DNA of 61,606 bases from Octopus bimaculoides (taxonomy: Eukaryota): positions 129,424,400 through 129,486,005 of the forward strand of contig NC_068983.1 in the NCBI RefSeq assembly GCF_001194135.2. Direction: 5' to 3'. The translations under genes and the position numbers were made by a program. The notes beneath the pieces are model-generated. The model did no database searches. It saw nothing but the letters and a program-made list of their open reading frames with translations, and was not told the origin of the DNA. Position 1 is the stretch's first letter. The number at the start of each line of letters is the position of its first letter. Below, piece after piece: positions 26,689 through 38,930 of the stretch.

Positions 26689-28139
26689 GTCACCTTGTAT
26701 GTGCGTACGCATTTCTTTCAATTCTTGAAATATTACAGCACCATTTATTCGAAATTGTAATCGTCTGATAGTTACACAAAGGAAGCTCATATGCTGAATC
26801 ATGCCTCCCTCTGTCAACGATGAAGAGCTTGAAATCTTAAAAGAAACAATAACATTTAGTTGATTTCAGACCATGATGAATTCTATACAAGTTAAAGAAT
26901 ATTTTCTTAGACCTATTTCTGGCGCATTAAATGAAGCCATTTGATTTTACAACGGTAAGAAAGCAATTAATATCATGTATCTTCTGTCACAAATCAAGCT
27001 TTAGGTATTTTCCAAAGATAATATAGTTTTGTATTTGCAAATGAAAATAATATCCATGTTATATGATAATGCATATGTGTTCTTTTATATAACGTCATAT
27101 TACTATTTTGTTGCAGAACTTGATACACATCATAGAGACCATAGGATATTGTTACCAAATACGTGACATTATATAAAATTATGGAGCATATTTCTGGATT
27201 AATATTCCATAAATATATATAACTAACGTGTAAATAAATATGAATAAAATTTAATATTACATTATTGGCTACTATATAGTGAATTATGGGCACGTTACTT
27301 TAGTTATTCCCTGTTGCTTTTAAATAGATTTGAATGAGTATAAAATCACAAGAATCAACATGTTCATAACGGAAAAGACCTATAAAATAGCTATTGAAAG
27401 GGACTATCGTAAAATTCTAAAGTGTTAAATCAGCAAATCGATGTTTTGGGAGAAATAGTTCCATGAAAAGAAATTTGTCGAACGAATGTTGAAAGTATTT
27501 GGTTGAAAATATGACATTAAGTAATGTATTCACGATTCCCAAATAGTATATTGTTCCCATGTTATTCATCTATGCTTGAGAATTTGGGGTCTTAACAGCC
27601 TTGTTTCCGCTTTCTATGACTCTTTTTGCATTTCAATCCTGTAATACTTACTGAAAGACATATGTTGAATAATAGCTCAAACAATTTCCAGAGAGAATAG
27701 ATAACAATGAGAACTGTGCAAAGAGAGAAAGCCTTGCGAACCAGGAATATTTTTTTCTGATTATACACGTTGCCCATTTCTCTGTTGTAAATCCTCCAAG
27801 TAGTTGCCTTTGCTCTTGATCCTTGCACCGTCATTAGCTATGTCCTTTCCAATCGCCTATCGATTTTTACAATCCTGATTTACTTACTTCTCTGTTTTTT
27901 TCCTGATACGAATCAGGCATCCATAACCTTAAAACGTCCACCTACGTAATACAATATTACGTAAAACTTTCTCCGACTCCACCCCGTGTTTTTCTATTGT
28001 TCCATTATTCCTGTCTTTCTCCCAATTTTTTTTTCAGAGATCAGGTGCGTTTCTCACTTTATCATTTCAAAGACCACGATCCCTTTTGTTTTTCGTAAAA
28101 TGATGTGCTGTGTAATATNNNNNNNNNNNNNNNNNNNNN

Positions 28140-28178
<39 letters not shown>

Positions 28179-28299
28179 GTTATATATATTGGACGATTGC
28201 TTTGAAAAACTCTGAATGCTGTACAAGTGGTCTGACGATCACGTTGTCTAATGAAAGCTCGACTTTAAATCGAGTGTATATTAAATGATATTTATCACT

Positions 28300-28700
28300 C
28301 ACTGGATGGATAACATTGGTACACAAAAACGGTGCGACAATTTGCCCAGCCAAACACTCGAACGGACTTTTAAGATGTGGAATGTGATTAAACCAAGAGG
28401 CATTTTAACAACATAGTAATATTCAAGCGTGCCTTGATGAAATTTTGTCGGAGAGGTGAATTGAACAAAGTGGCCCAGCACAATATTATTTGCATCCATC
28501 GGAGCTTAATCCATTCAGATTCTTTCTAAAGTGTTAATATACCAAATTAAGTTTATTGAACAAAACTGGATGCAGTTGAAGTGCGGAGGGCATACGTTGA
28601 ATCGAGAAAGCATTCTAATACAAAGCAAAATGTTTTTTTTTTATATTGTGAGATGTCATTGCTTCACGTCAGCAACAGAACCAAGAGTGGGATGACTATG
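28300..28700 (+). mobile_element. Possible decayed Tc1/mariner-superfamily remnant
   Basis: CLDEILSER*IEQSGPAQ...HPSELNPFRFFL resembles the RWIGRGGP..WPPRSPDL.PLDFFLW motif. Confidence 0.35.
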
Positions 28701-28878
28701 AATTTAAAAACAGATATTTATAGTATATTTCACATTCGCACTAAAAATTATTTTAAATTTTGAAAATGAATTGTATTTTCATAAACATGGAAATCATAAC
28801 TTTTAATAAACCATGTATGTATGTATGTATGTATGTATGTATGTATCTATCTATCTATCAATCAATCTATGTATCTAT

Positions 28879-28924
<46 letters not shown>

Positions 28925-29335
28925 GTCTGTCTCTCTATATACATATGTATATATACATATGTATATATATCAATCTATAATTATAAAAGAGAGTTTGTGC
29001 ATCTGTGTGTATTTGTGTGTGTGCGTTGTTGTGCGCGCGCGTATGTTCCTTAGACATTCCACAACCAAGTTGCCGACTTTGACGTACGGAGTATCAACAG
29101 ATTCAATACTATTTCTACTACCAACTAAACTTTATTTCAATTCTTACATTTACATTATAAATATGTAACATTATAATCTTTCCAAAAGTCAACTTACAGT
29201 AAATATTTTATACGAAGAATACGAAGACGAACACGTCACATTTTCTATATGAGTGTGTACGTTAAAAGACATTCATCATCACGACCCATACCTTCACTCA
29301 CACACTCATTTACTCACTCTCTCTATTTCTCTATG

Positions 29336-29392
<57 letters not shown>

Positions 29393-29778
29393 TACACATC
29401 CATTTCATATACACGTAAATACAGCCTTCACTTTCTCACCTCCGTAACTTTCAGCTCTCTCATTTTTTCACTTTCTCTTTTCTTTCAATTTCTGCTCTCT
29501 TCAAAGTATAAACAAATAATTTTTCACGGAATGTGCCAGAGAAGCAGAATGAGAAAATGACAGAGAGACAGGAGAAAGCGACAGATACAGAAAACAAGTT
29601 TCTATAGGAGAATATGAAAGACAGGGATAGTTGCTGGGAGAGAAACGCTGATGTTTCGTGCCCTATGTATGTTCTATAGCTGAAAGTGAAAGAAAGCGGG
29701 TAAAACGTTTGGTACTCTATGTATGTTCTAAAGGTGAAGGTGAAAGAAAGCCGGCACAAAGAGAGGGGTAAAACAAAT

Positions 29779-29798
29779 CCTAACCCTAACCCTAACCC
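29779..29798. repeat. Short interstitial (CCCTAA)n tract
   Basis: CCTAACCCTAACCCTAACCC, just after a ~55-bp local duplication (CTATGTATGTTCTA...GTGAAAGAAAG). Confidence 0.85.
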
Positions 29799-31144
29799 AG
29801 AAATGAGTTCGGGTTGCATATTTTCACTTTCGTCCCATGTTTCAAGTGTGCATTGTATAAGCATTGTCTCTCTCTCTCTTTCAATTTCTCATTATAATTT
29901 AAGGAGACTTTACGCTGTTAACATGTTACAACGTCCCGTCTCCTTGTTTCGGAATTAAGACAGGTATGCAAAATAACTTCCTTTGGTACAAACGTAGAGT
30001 TAAATTTCTTTAAGAATTATACTATTTTTTGCTATGCGTTAAATTAAAGCTTAAATCCTGTGGCAATTACCTCTCCCTATTCTGTCATTTCTCATTGTGA
30101 TGAGCGTATTTCAAAACGTGATCTTCCATTTAAACTTAGAAGGAACTTATCTCAGTAATCATGTCCTTTGCCTGTTGTTTCTATCTTGTACAAAATTATA
30201 ATTTCTACCCTCCCCACCATTACAGCTGGCTGCCATCGAGGAGAGATTGCATGCAGTCCACGCATGTCCCTTGTTCCCTTAAATGTGCCATTTCAATTCA
30301 ACTCCAGTTCCCAGTTCGATTCTGCTTCACCATGACAATCAATAAAGCCCAGGGTCAAACTTGAAAAAAGTGGGTGTCTCAATTTCAAAAATACTCTGCT
30401 TTTCTCATGGACAACTATATGTCACATGCTCTCGAGATAGCAGAGCAGATGATTTGTAAATTTATTCTACAACAGTGGGTAAACATAGTTTTTCGAGTTT
30501 ATGCAGTATGCAATCTGTTTTTTGGAGATTTATATATCGTTATTATTCATATATGTATGACTAGAAACCAAAACGTTTCGGCATGATATTTCCCTACTTA
30601 CGTGTCCTTCTTTTCAAAATATAATATAAATGTCAAAGAAAGATATAAACTCACTGAGGGACACAGGTATGTGCTATATTTAATTAAGTTTCGAAATTGC
30701 ATATATTAATTTGTTGCTCTTATCCTACATTATCATAAATCGAGCTCTTGAAGTTTATAACAACCCAGGGAGACAGCATTTGCTACATGCTATCTAAAAC
30801 GGCTTCCAATTCACGTTATTTTACAATGCATTTAGAAAACAGACAACATTGCAGCTCACTATGACATGATCAATAAAATATTATTGAACAAAGAAATCAT
30901 AGTGCATAGTAACATCGTATTGTGTTCAATTCTGCACAGAAGGAGAGTAACTGTACTATATAGTATACACGCGTCCTGTTCGTTCTATGATGCCCACTAA
31001 TATCAGTGAGAGATTGTCAAACAGACAGACAAGGAGGGAGGGAGATAGAGAGCTCAAGGAGGGTAAAGGAACTGTGGAACAGAATGCGTGTATACTTAAA
31101 TAGAAGGAATTAATTCTACGACGGTGTTGAACAGTTTGTTACTG

Positions 31145-31298
31145 TAAGGGTGTCACGAAGCATAAACTTGGAGTCCCAAACTCCCAAGGCTTAGAAAAAC
31201 TGAAGGACCTCTGCAAAAAAATTGTGAATTTGGAAGGGGAATATGTTGAATAAAATTTATTAACTGATACAGTTAAATAGTTAACTGACACTCCTGTA
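31145..31298 (+). mobile_element. Short deleted Tc1/mariner derivative
   Basis: Ends TAAGGGTGTCA and TGACACTCCTGTA are quasi-inverted with TA. The interior reads ...CKKIVNLEGEYVE*, a typical transposase C-terminus. Confidence 0.45.
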
Positions 31299-34002
31299 TT
31301 TTCTTTTACCCGAAGCCAGAAACTGTTCAGCACACTCGCGGAAAATTCTTCTTTTCATTTCCACTCTTGTTTCCTGTTGAGATATTCTTACTGAAAGGCC
31401 TAACATGGAGAGAGAGGAAAGAGCATAGGCTTTTGTTTGTTGTTAGCTTTTCATACGATTCATTTCTTATTAACAGTGTAGTCGTGTATGGTTCCATTTT
31501 CCTTTCTTTAAAGCTCTGCAGCTCAACATAATTCAAGGTTTTAAAGTTAGTCCATCAAAAGTTATCAAAGTGTTGGAATTAAGATTGAAGATGATCGATT
31601 TCATTTTGGAGTTGAGAAAGGTCTTCCGTTTGCAGCCAAAATATTCCGAAGCAACATTACGACATATTACGTAAGTGGAGGACAAAGGAATTTGCAACAC
31701 TATTGACGATTGAAAATGACATGGCACAAAAAGTTATCTATTTATTCACAATTTGTCCTGGTAGTTTATGATATGACTATCAAAATGTCAAAGAATATCA
31801 ACTCAAAATAGGCGATATGTATTCATAATAGAGGCACATCACCAGTGTTATGGTAATCTGAGACAAAATGATGTTTCCACAGTTTGGACGTTTTTCTCCA
31901 AGCTAACCCGAATCAATGAAATTAACAATAATAAAGGATTATTTTTTTAGAGAGAGGAGACAATTCAACCTCTCTTTCATAATGTCAGTCTCTTTCCCTG
32001 TCTCTCTGACTCCGTAAACAACTATAAGATGTAGCAGTTGAATTTCTCAGTCAAGTAAAAACCTTTAAGTAAAACGCTGGCCGAATTGCGACTGTTATTT
32101 ATAAAACGGATGACGAAGTGTTATATGGAGGCAAAATAAATACGATAATGATCCTAAGTTCTCCAGATTAAATAAGAAACAAGGAAATGAGAGCAGTGAT
32201 CCCACATTCGCACCCGAAAAGAATAAGAAAGGTCTTGTATGATGTTTGTTGAGAAAACGTATTGGAAAGGGCAAAAAAGGAAAAGAAAATGTGTAACACG
32301 CCTAAACTTCTAAAGCAAAACTAAGACAGGCATAAAGCTATCCATCATTTCATCATTATATTTCTCTTCCTATCGGTTGTCTTTCCGCTGTTAAAGACAA
32401 CGAATATAGAAAAATCGATCCTGTTTAAGTCTAATTATAATCGTAACCTTAAATGATTGTGACTTTTTCTCCTCCCTTGCCTCACTCTCCTCCCACCTTT
32501 CCCCCATATTTGAAAAAGAAAATCGATGTAATTTACTACTTAAAATTTTCGAACGATATAGCCTAACAAATTTCAAGTTTCCATGTTATGTTGTAGTGAC
32601 GATCAACGAATGGGCGCAACACAGCGCTATGTACAACTACTGAAACTACACAAATATCAAATAAATAGATTTTATGGAAATATGGAAGTAACATCTTGTC
32701 TTTTACATCTTGAGATAAGGAAAAAAGCAAAAATTAAAATGTAAATCCTGAAGTGGTATTCTTCCCTTAAGAAAAATATTATCCTTCTCGGTCATCTCAT
32801 AGTATCGCTCTCTCTCTATCTCTCTCTCTCTTTCCCACTCCATCTCTTACTGTGTAAGAAACCATATGCAGCAGCAGCAGCTGTAGTTACCAGTAAAGTA
32901 ACCCCGTGTAAGCAAAGAAAATATTTGATGATTAATGCCGAATCCAGATTAACGTTTCTAGAGATGCTATCATAACAGTGAGAATCCAAAGAAAACAAAA
33001 TATGTACATTTCCAATACTAGAGTTTTCTGGTAGATTCAGATATAATATCTGATCTGAAAAGCTTTCGTGTTTTGAAAAGGCAAACAGTATGTTCGAAAT
33101 ATTCCGTTGTCTCAAATTCCTCAAGTGTATTAATAACACACAACGTCGAAAGATGAAGATGTTTTCAGATGAAGAGTAATCGGATATTCATGTTTGCATT
33201 TACAATACCTTACCGCGAATAAACAGATATCCCTTTCCATCGTTCTGCACTATTCTGAGTGCTCATCGGGGATAATCAATAAAACGTATAATCTTGTACA
33301 AAATCGACTTATTAGTATACGACTGACACGCAGAAAGACACGTGAATATATATACACGGGGTAATAAAAATGGTCTAAACAATTTTATTTTATTATTTAG
33401 GCCGTTGAAATTGCAATTTTCACTATCATTGAATCCTAAATAGTAATCTTGGTTCTTTGTATAGATCGCTCCGATAAAGTGCTGATCTCACTAAAACGCA
33501 ATGTTAATGTGATTACTTTCCTGAATGAAATATCAAAAAGTGCATGTAATCATTGTGTCATGATTATTGAATCCATACGTAATCGACCAATTTTATGGGA
33601 CTATATATTATTTGTTGTTTATAGCGTGTCTGTTGATAACATTTGTAGTCTCCTACTGGTTACAGTAAAATTTGAGGGCAGGAACATATGCGGCTCTTCA
33701 TATACATTTCATGACATATTTTCTTAGATGTATGTTTGTAAGGAATGAATGTGACGGTAAAAATTAAACATAGAGGGTGATATTAATAGGTTTCAATTTG
33801 GCCATACTTGCTAGGAGACATACCAATATTGTTAAATCGTCAAAAGATGATAAAATTGATGTCAAACGTTTGTAAGAGATAAACAAAATTACAACTCGAA
33901 AAGAAATGTATATGTATCTTGTAGAAGTGTATGAATAATTTCCGGAAAAAAAAAAATTATATATATGCATAAACGTATTGTAACAAAAATAATCAACAAT
34001 AC

Positions 34003-34239
34003 AACACTTCACACTTACAAACAACAAGACAACACTTCACACTTACAAACAACAAGACAACACTTCACACTTACAAACAACAAGACACCACTTCACACTT
34101 ACAAACAACAAGACAACACTTCACACTTACAAACAACAAGACAACACTTCACACTTACACACAGGACGACACTTCACACTTACACACAAGACGACACTTC
34201 ACATTTACAAACAAGACGACACTTCACACTTACACACAC
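34003..34239. repeat. 28/25-bp minisatellite
   Basis: Five units of AACACTTCACACTTACAAACAACAAGAC (one with a substitution), then three 25-bp variants and a partial unit decaying into (CA)n. Confidence 0.95.
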
Positions 34240-34617
34240 GCACGCACACACACATACACACACACACTGAAATACACATTCAGGCATACAAATATATGTT
34301 GTACATACGTAGTGGGTGTGCGTACGTGTGTTGTAGAACAGACAATCGTAAAACGCAATGTATGAGTACCGATTATGCCGTGCATGACCAATGACTCAAA
34401 TATGAAAGCGCGCCCTTTATATAGAATACATAGAATTTTTTTTTATGGAAATACTTTTTACACAGTTAATATTTTTACGAGACATTTCTAGTTTATTATA
34501 TTATAAATGCAAACAGAATGTTAATCTTCCGAGGTAAGAAATCACACTCACACAACAGTGTATATACATACATACATACATACATACATACATACATACA
34601 TACATACTTACATGCAT

Positions 34618-35003
34618 TGTTGTTTTTGGCACTCCGTCGCTTACGACGTCGAGGGTTCCAGTTGATCCGATCAACGGAACAGCCTGCTCGTGAAATTAAC
34701 GTGCAAGGGACTGAGCACTTCACAGACACGTGTACCCTTAACGCAGTTCTAGGGGATATTCAGCGTAACACAGTGTGACAAGGCTGGCCCTTTGAATTAC
34801 AGGCACAACAGAAACAGGAAGTAAGAGTGAGAGAAAGTTGTGGTGAAAGAGTACAGCAGGGTTCGCCTCCATCCCCTGCTGGAGCCTCGCGGTGCTTCAG
34901 GTGTTTTCGCTCAATAAGCACTCACAACGCCCGGTCTGGGAATCGAAACCGCGATCCTATGAACGTGTGTCCGCTGCACTAACCACTAGGCCATTGCGCC
35001 TTC
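34618..35003 (-). mobile_element. Full-length tRNA-derived SINE
   Basis: Minus strand starts GAAGGCGCAATGGCCTAGTGGTTAG. A box TGGCCTAGTGG (34983-34993), B box GGTTTCGATTCCC (34938-34950), tail ...GTAAGCGACGGAGTGCCAAAAACAACA. Flanked by (TACA)n on both sides. Confidence 0.9.
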
Positions 35004-35056
35004 ACACATACATACATACATAGTACATACATACATGTACCCCCCACCACACAGAC

Positions 35057-35091
<35 letters not shown>

Positions 35092-35120
35092 AACCTTATA
35101 GGTAAAGTTTACAAATATGT

Positions 35121-35294
35121 TAATAATTATATACATAATTATAACAAACGATTGGCTATAAGCCTCGCTATGGAATAGAAAAGTAGACGCCTAAAGACGC
35201 TATTTTTAAGGTGGTAAAAGCGTTTTCTGCCTCGCTTTTCTTGCGCGCGGGGAGACTTTTAGCCAATCGTTTGTTTTAATTATTCATATAATTA

Positions 35295-35297
<3 letters not shown>
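35121..35297. repeat. 38-bp inverted repeat pair in TA-rich flanks
   Basis: TAATAATTATATACATAATTATAACAAACGATTGGCTA (35121-35158) is inverted at 35260-35297. Confidence 0.65.
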
Positions 35298-35340
<43 letters not shown>

Positions 35341-36279
35341 NNNNNNNNNNNNNNNNNNNNNNNNNNNNNNNNNNNNNNNNNNNNNNNNNNNNNNNNNNNN
35401 NNNNNNNNNNNNNNNNNNNNNNNNNNNNNNNNNNNNNNNNNNNNNNNNNNNNNNNNNNNNNNNNNNNNNNNNNNNNNNNNNNNNNNNNNNNNNNNNNNNN
35501 NNNNNNNNNNNNNNNNNNNNNNNNNNNNNNNNNNNNNNNNNNNNNNNNNNNNNNNNNNNNNNNNNNNNNNNNNNNNNNNNNNNNNNNNNNNNNNNNNNNN
35601 NNNNNNNNNNNNNNNNNNNNNNNNNNNNNNNNNNNNNNTATATATATATATATATATGGGGGGGGGCGTGTGTGTGTGTGAAGGTTTACCACCATCTTAC
35701 GAAAGACCTTCGGATATATTTAAACAGTTGCCTAGTACTCCCCCAATTCCCAACCATTTTTCTTGCCCGCGTAACCTTGTTCATCATCAAATTGTGTATT
35801 CTCCTCAGGTTTAATGAGATTTCGCAGCAGCATGGAACCACTTAACTTCAGTAATGGATTACGGAAATACCAAATTTTCATTGATTTTTAGAGGCAGTTG
35901 AGGGGGATAAATGGCATTCACTACAAAACTTTATAGTAAATGTTACTAAAAACCCGCAGGCTTAGGGGAAATTATTTTCGTGATCATTGATTAACGGTGA
36001 TGGCCGTAAAATATCTTAATGTAATTTGTGGATTCCAAGTACACGACATGCACAATGCATTGCAAAATGCATTCGCTGGAAATTGAATCAGCCTAATGAA
36101 TTATTCTTATATCATTTAGGGACATATGATATTGTTAATAACTCGGATGATGAAAATAGTTCAATGATAAGTGTAAGAAAACAATTTGTTAAATTGTTAC
36201 AGTTGGTTTGTAAATTAATGTCAGACAATGCCTCTTAAGACGCAATATGAAGATTTTATGCAATACATACACGCGAGGC

Positions 36280-36981
36280 TTCACGTAATAAAAAGAAATG
36301 CACACGATTCCCTTCATCGAATATTCCGTCAGTATATATTACATACGCCCAGAAGCGCGCACACTAACCGATTTTATGATATCCTTCATACATCTTCGAT
36401 CTTTTCTTATCAAAGTTCCAATGCACTTGAAATAAGATTCCGAATATTTGATCGTTCACTTTCATCATGCTGCACTTTGAGCTTCCCTTCGTTGTCATCA
36501 CCATACACCCTGTCTTTTTTGCCTCATCTTCTTTCCTCGCACCATTATCTCCAAAAGTATTTAAGTCCCTTTTCGGATTCTTCAAATAACACTGTCATTT
36601 ACATATCTTCTTTTTCTGATGTTTCTGCTCCCTAATCAAAAATTGTTTTTCTTCTCCATATCTTTTATCATAATTCAGTACAGTAATTAAGATTTGGTGA
36701 CATAACACAACATTGTCTGCACCATCTACAGATGTTAGTGTATTCTCAGCATTCCTCATACAACTTTACGCACTCTTATTGGTTCCACTTCTATATATGC
36801 AAGATTCGGAGTTCTTTCACATGCAGATCAACGTTACTGTGACTTTCACTTCTTATTTTATCGAAGGCCTTTGTGTAATCTATGAAATACATGAAGGTGT
36901 ACTTTTCGATCTCCATCGCCCGCTCTGTTAATAGCATTCGTTATACCTGCACCCTGTGCAAAGCAAAATTGTTCAATTCCA
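36280..36981 (-). mobile_element. RTE-type LINE, reverse-transcriptase part (decayed)
   Basis: Minus-strand fragments GIEQFCFAQGAGITNAI, TERAMEIEKYTFMYFIDYTKAFDKI, KKTGCMVMT...DQIF. Confidence 0.8.
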
Positions 36982-37908
36982 TTATTCTTAAGGTTGTTTT
37001 TAAAACAGATATTCTATAAAAAAACTATAGCCAGTACTGATTTTTGCTATAACGTTTCGTAAAGAGATATCAGATGTAAACAAAATAATGAGATCCAAGA
37101 CAAGAATGGATAATGAGTGTATGTGCCATATTTTAGGTGTTGTTGCCCTTTCATCCCACTAACCCACTTCTATCTCTGAACACGTTGCTTATATAGCCAC
37201 CGTATATAGCCGTGTTATATTATTGGATATATCAATTTACATATGGGACACATTCCTGGAACTGATATGTAAACATTTAAGGTTTGTAGGTACGTGGAAC
37301 TTCGTTATGAAATCACAATATATTTTGAGGTATACTAAATGCTTTTAAAAATAGGTAGAACGTCCCACCGCGTCACCATTGGTTGTTACATTGTTTTTAA
37401 GGTTGTTTGTAAGAATATTCTATAGAACATATATTGAGCACTGATATTTTTTCCTTCAAAGTTTCGTGTCGAGACATCAGATGCAAACATTGCATATATA
37501 GCCACTGCTTAGCGAAGTACTACTTCCCTAAACGCCTTTAATTTTTACATATTACTGCCATGAATACGTCTAGTATATAAATTGGTATATCCAATAATTT
37601 AACATCGCTGCATGCGGTGTCTATATAAGCATTGCGATCGGAGATAGAACTGGGTTGGATAGGTACTGATGAAGGGGCAACACCCAAAATATGGCATATA
37701 TACGCATTAGTCACTTTTGTCTCCGATCGCATTACTTAGTTACATCTCGGTACGAAACGTTGTAGAATATCTGTCGGAATCACCTTAAAATTAATGTAAC
37801 ACTCTTGACGCAGTGGACGTGGTACTGACTTATAGAATATTTAGTATATTTTATAGCATATTGTGTTTGTATAACGAAATGCCACGTACCCACAAACCTT
37901 TAATGTTT
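36982..37908. mobile_element. 927-bp insertion of inverted, circularly permuted ~409-bp units with hammerhead-like cores (PLE/retrozyme-like)
   Basis: TSD AATTCCA at 36975-36981 and 37909-37915. The left part repeats with a 409-bp period (TAAGGTTGTTT at 36989 and 37398). The right part, 37506-37908, is the same unit reverse-complemented in another phase. The insertion boundaries are well supported; the ribozyme call is weaker. Confidence 0.8.
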
Positions 37909-38930
37909 AATTCCAGTTTCATGTGTTATTCTGCTTTTTGCTCGAAAGAGTAAAATTCTCAAAATGATATTTGTAACGTGACTCATGAAACTAATCGTGC
38001 GATATTGATCCCTAATTTTGATTTGTTTGAGAGTGCAATAAAGATTGATTTACTCCAGCCTTCTAAGAGTTCCCACTCTTACGTCTGTCACTTTCCAGAT
38101 TCCATGACAATTTTGACCGGCCCAGCAGCTGTCATTTTTCTCCCCAAGTTGATGGGTATATGTTATTCAGCTGAAAAGAAAAAAAAAAATTGGACCTGCA
38201 TTAGAGTCAAGAAATTTAAGTCAGGTCTATCTCGCATCACGAAATAAATCTAAATACTCTCTCAGTATATTCCAAATGTCAATCTTCTCAAACACCATAG
38301 TGCCATTCTTTGCTTTGATACGTCCGAAATTTGATCGTTCGGAAATGCTGCCTTAAAACGTATTTACTTTCTAATGAAATTCGTATCCTACCGGAAATTG
38401 TCTTTCAGATTCTTCACACTGTCCATTCAACCAAAGCCCTTTAGCCTTCCTACACTTCTGTTTAAGCAGACTATCCTAGGTCCCTCTACTCTTTCGATTC
38501 CCTGACCTAATTTCCTGTATTACTCATCACTAGAAGGATCGCCTCAGTCATTCATTTGGCTTTGGTCTTATTCGTTTTCTTTGGTGGAATTTCCTGGGCT
38601 CTTTCTACTAAGGTGTTCTTCAATATTTACTAAATAATGATTTCAGCGTTATCAATCAGCTGATTAAATCTGTTCTCTCCATTGATAGTTAATTCAGCCG
38701 CTCATTATCCAGTTTCTCCATGGTTCTTGCTCTCTTCAACTTCTTTACTCTACAGTGACGTGCCTACCACTGGTACATGGTAACTCCCGCAGTCTGTTCC
38801 TGGATATATATTGCATGTTTTACTGAACTTTTAAACTTGTCATTGATGGGGATTCACTTAATCCGCTTTCTAGAGCCATCACCAAGGAGTATCACCCATA
38901 TCGCCCACATGTAAATATTGCAAGTGTGCT
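37909..38930 (-). mobile_element. RTE-type LINE, endonuclease end and linker (decayed)
   Basis: Minus-strand fragments YPGADCGSYHVPVV, KQKCRKAKGLWLNGQCEE, WSKSIFIAL, QYRTISFMSHVTNIILRILLFRAKSRITHET. The reading continues across the insertion as GIEQF. Confidence 0.8.

Noticed and set aside
34003-34239. CRISPR-like array
   Set aside because: The repeats are contiguous with no unique spacers, the context is eukaryotic, and there are no cas genes.
34930-35003. tRNA gene
   Set aside because: A and B boxes are present but there is no complete cloverleaf; it continues into a SINE body.
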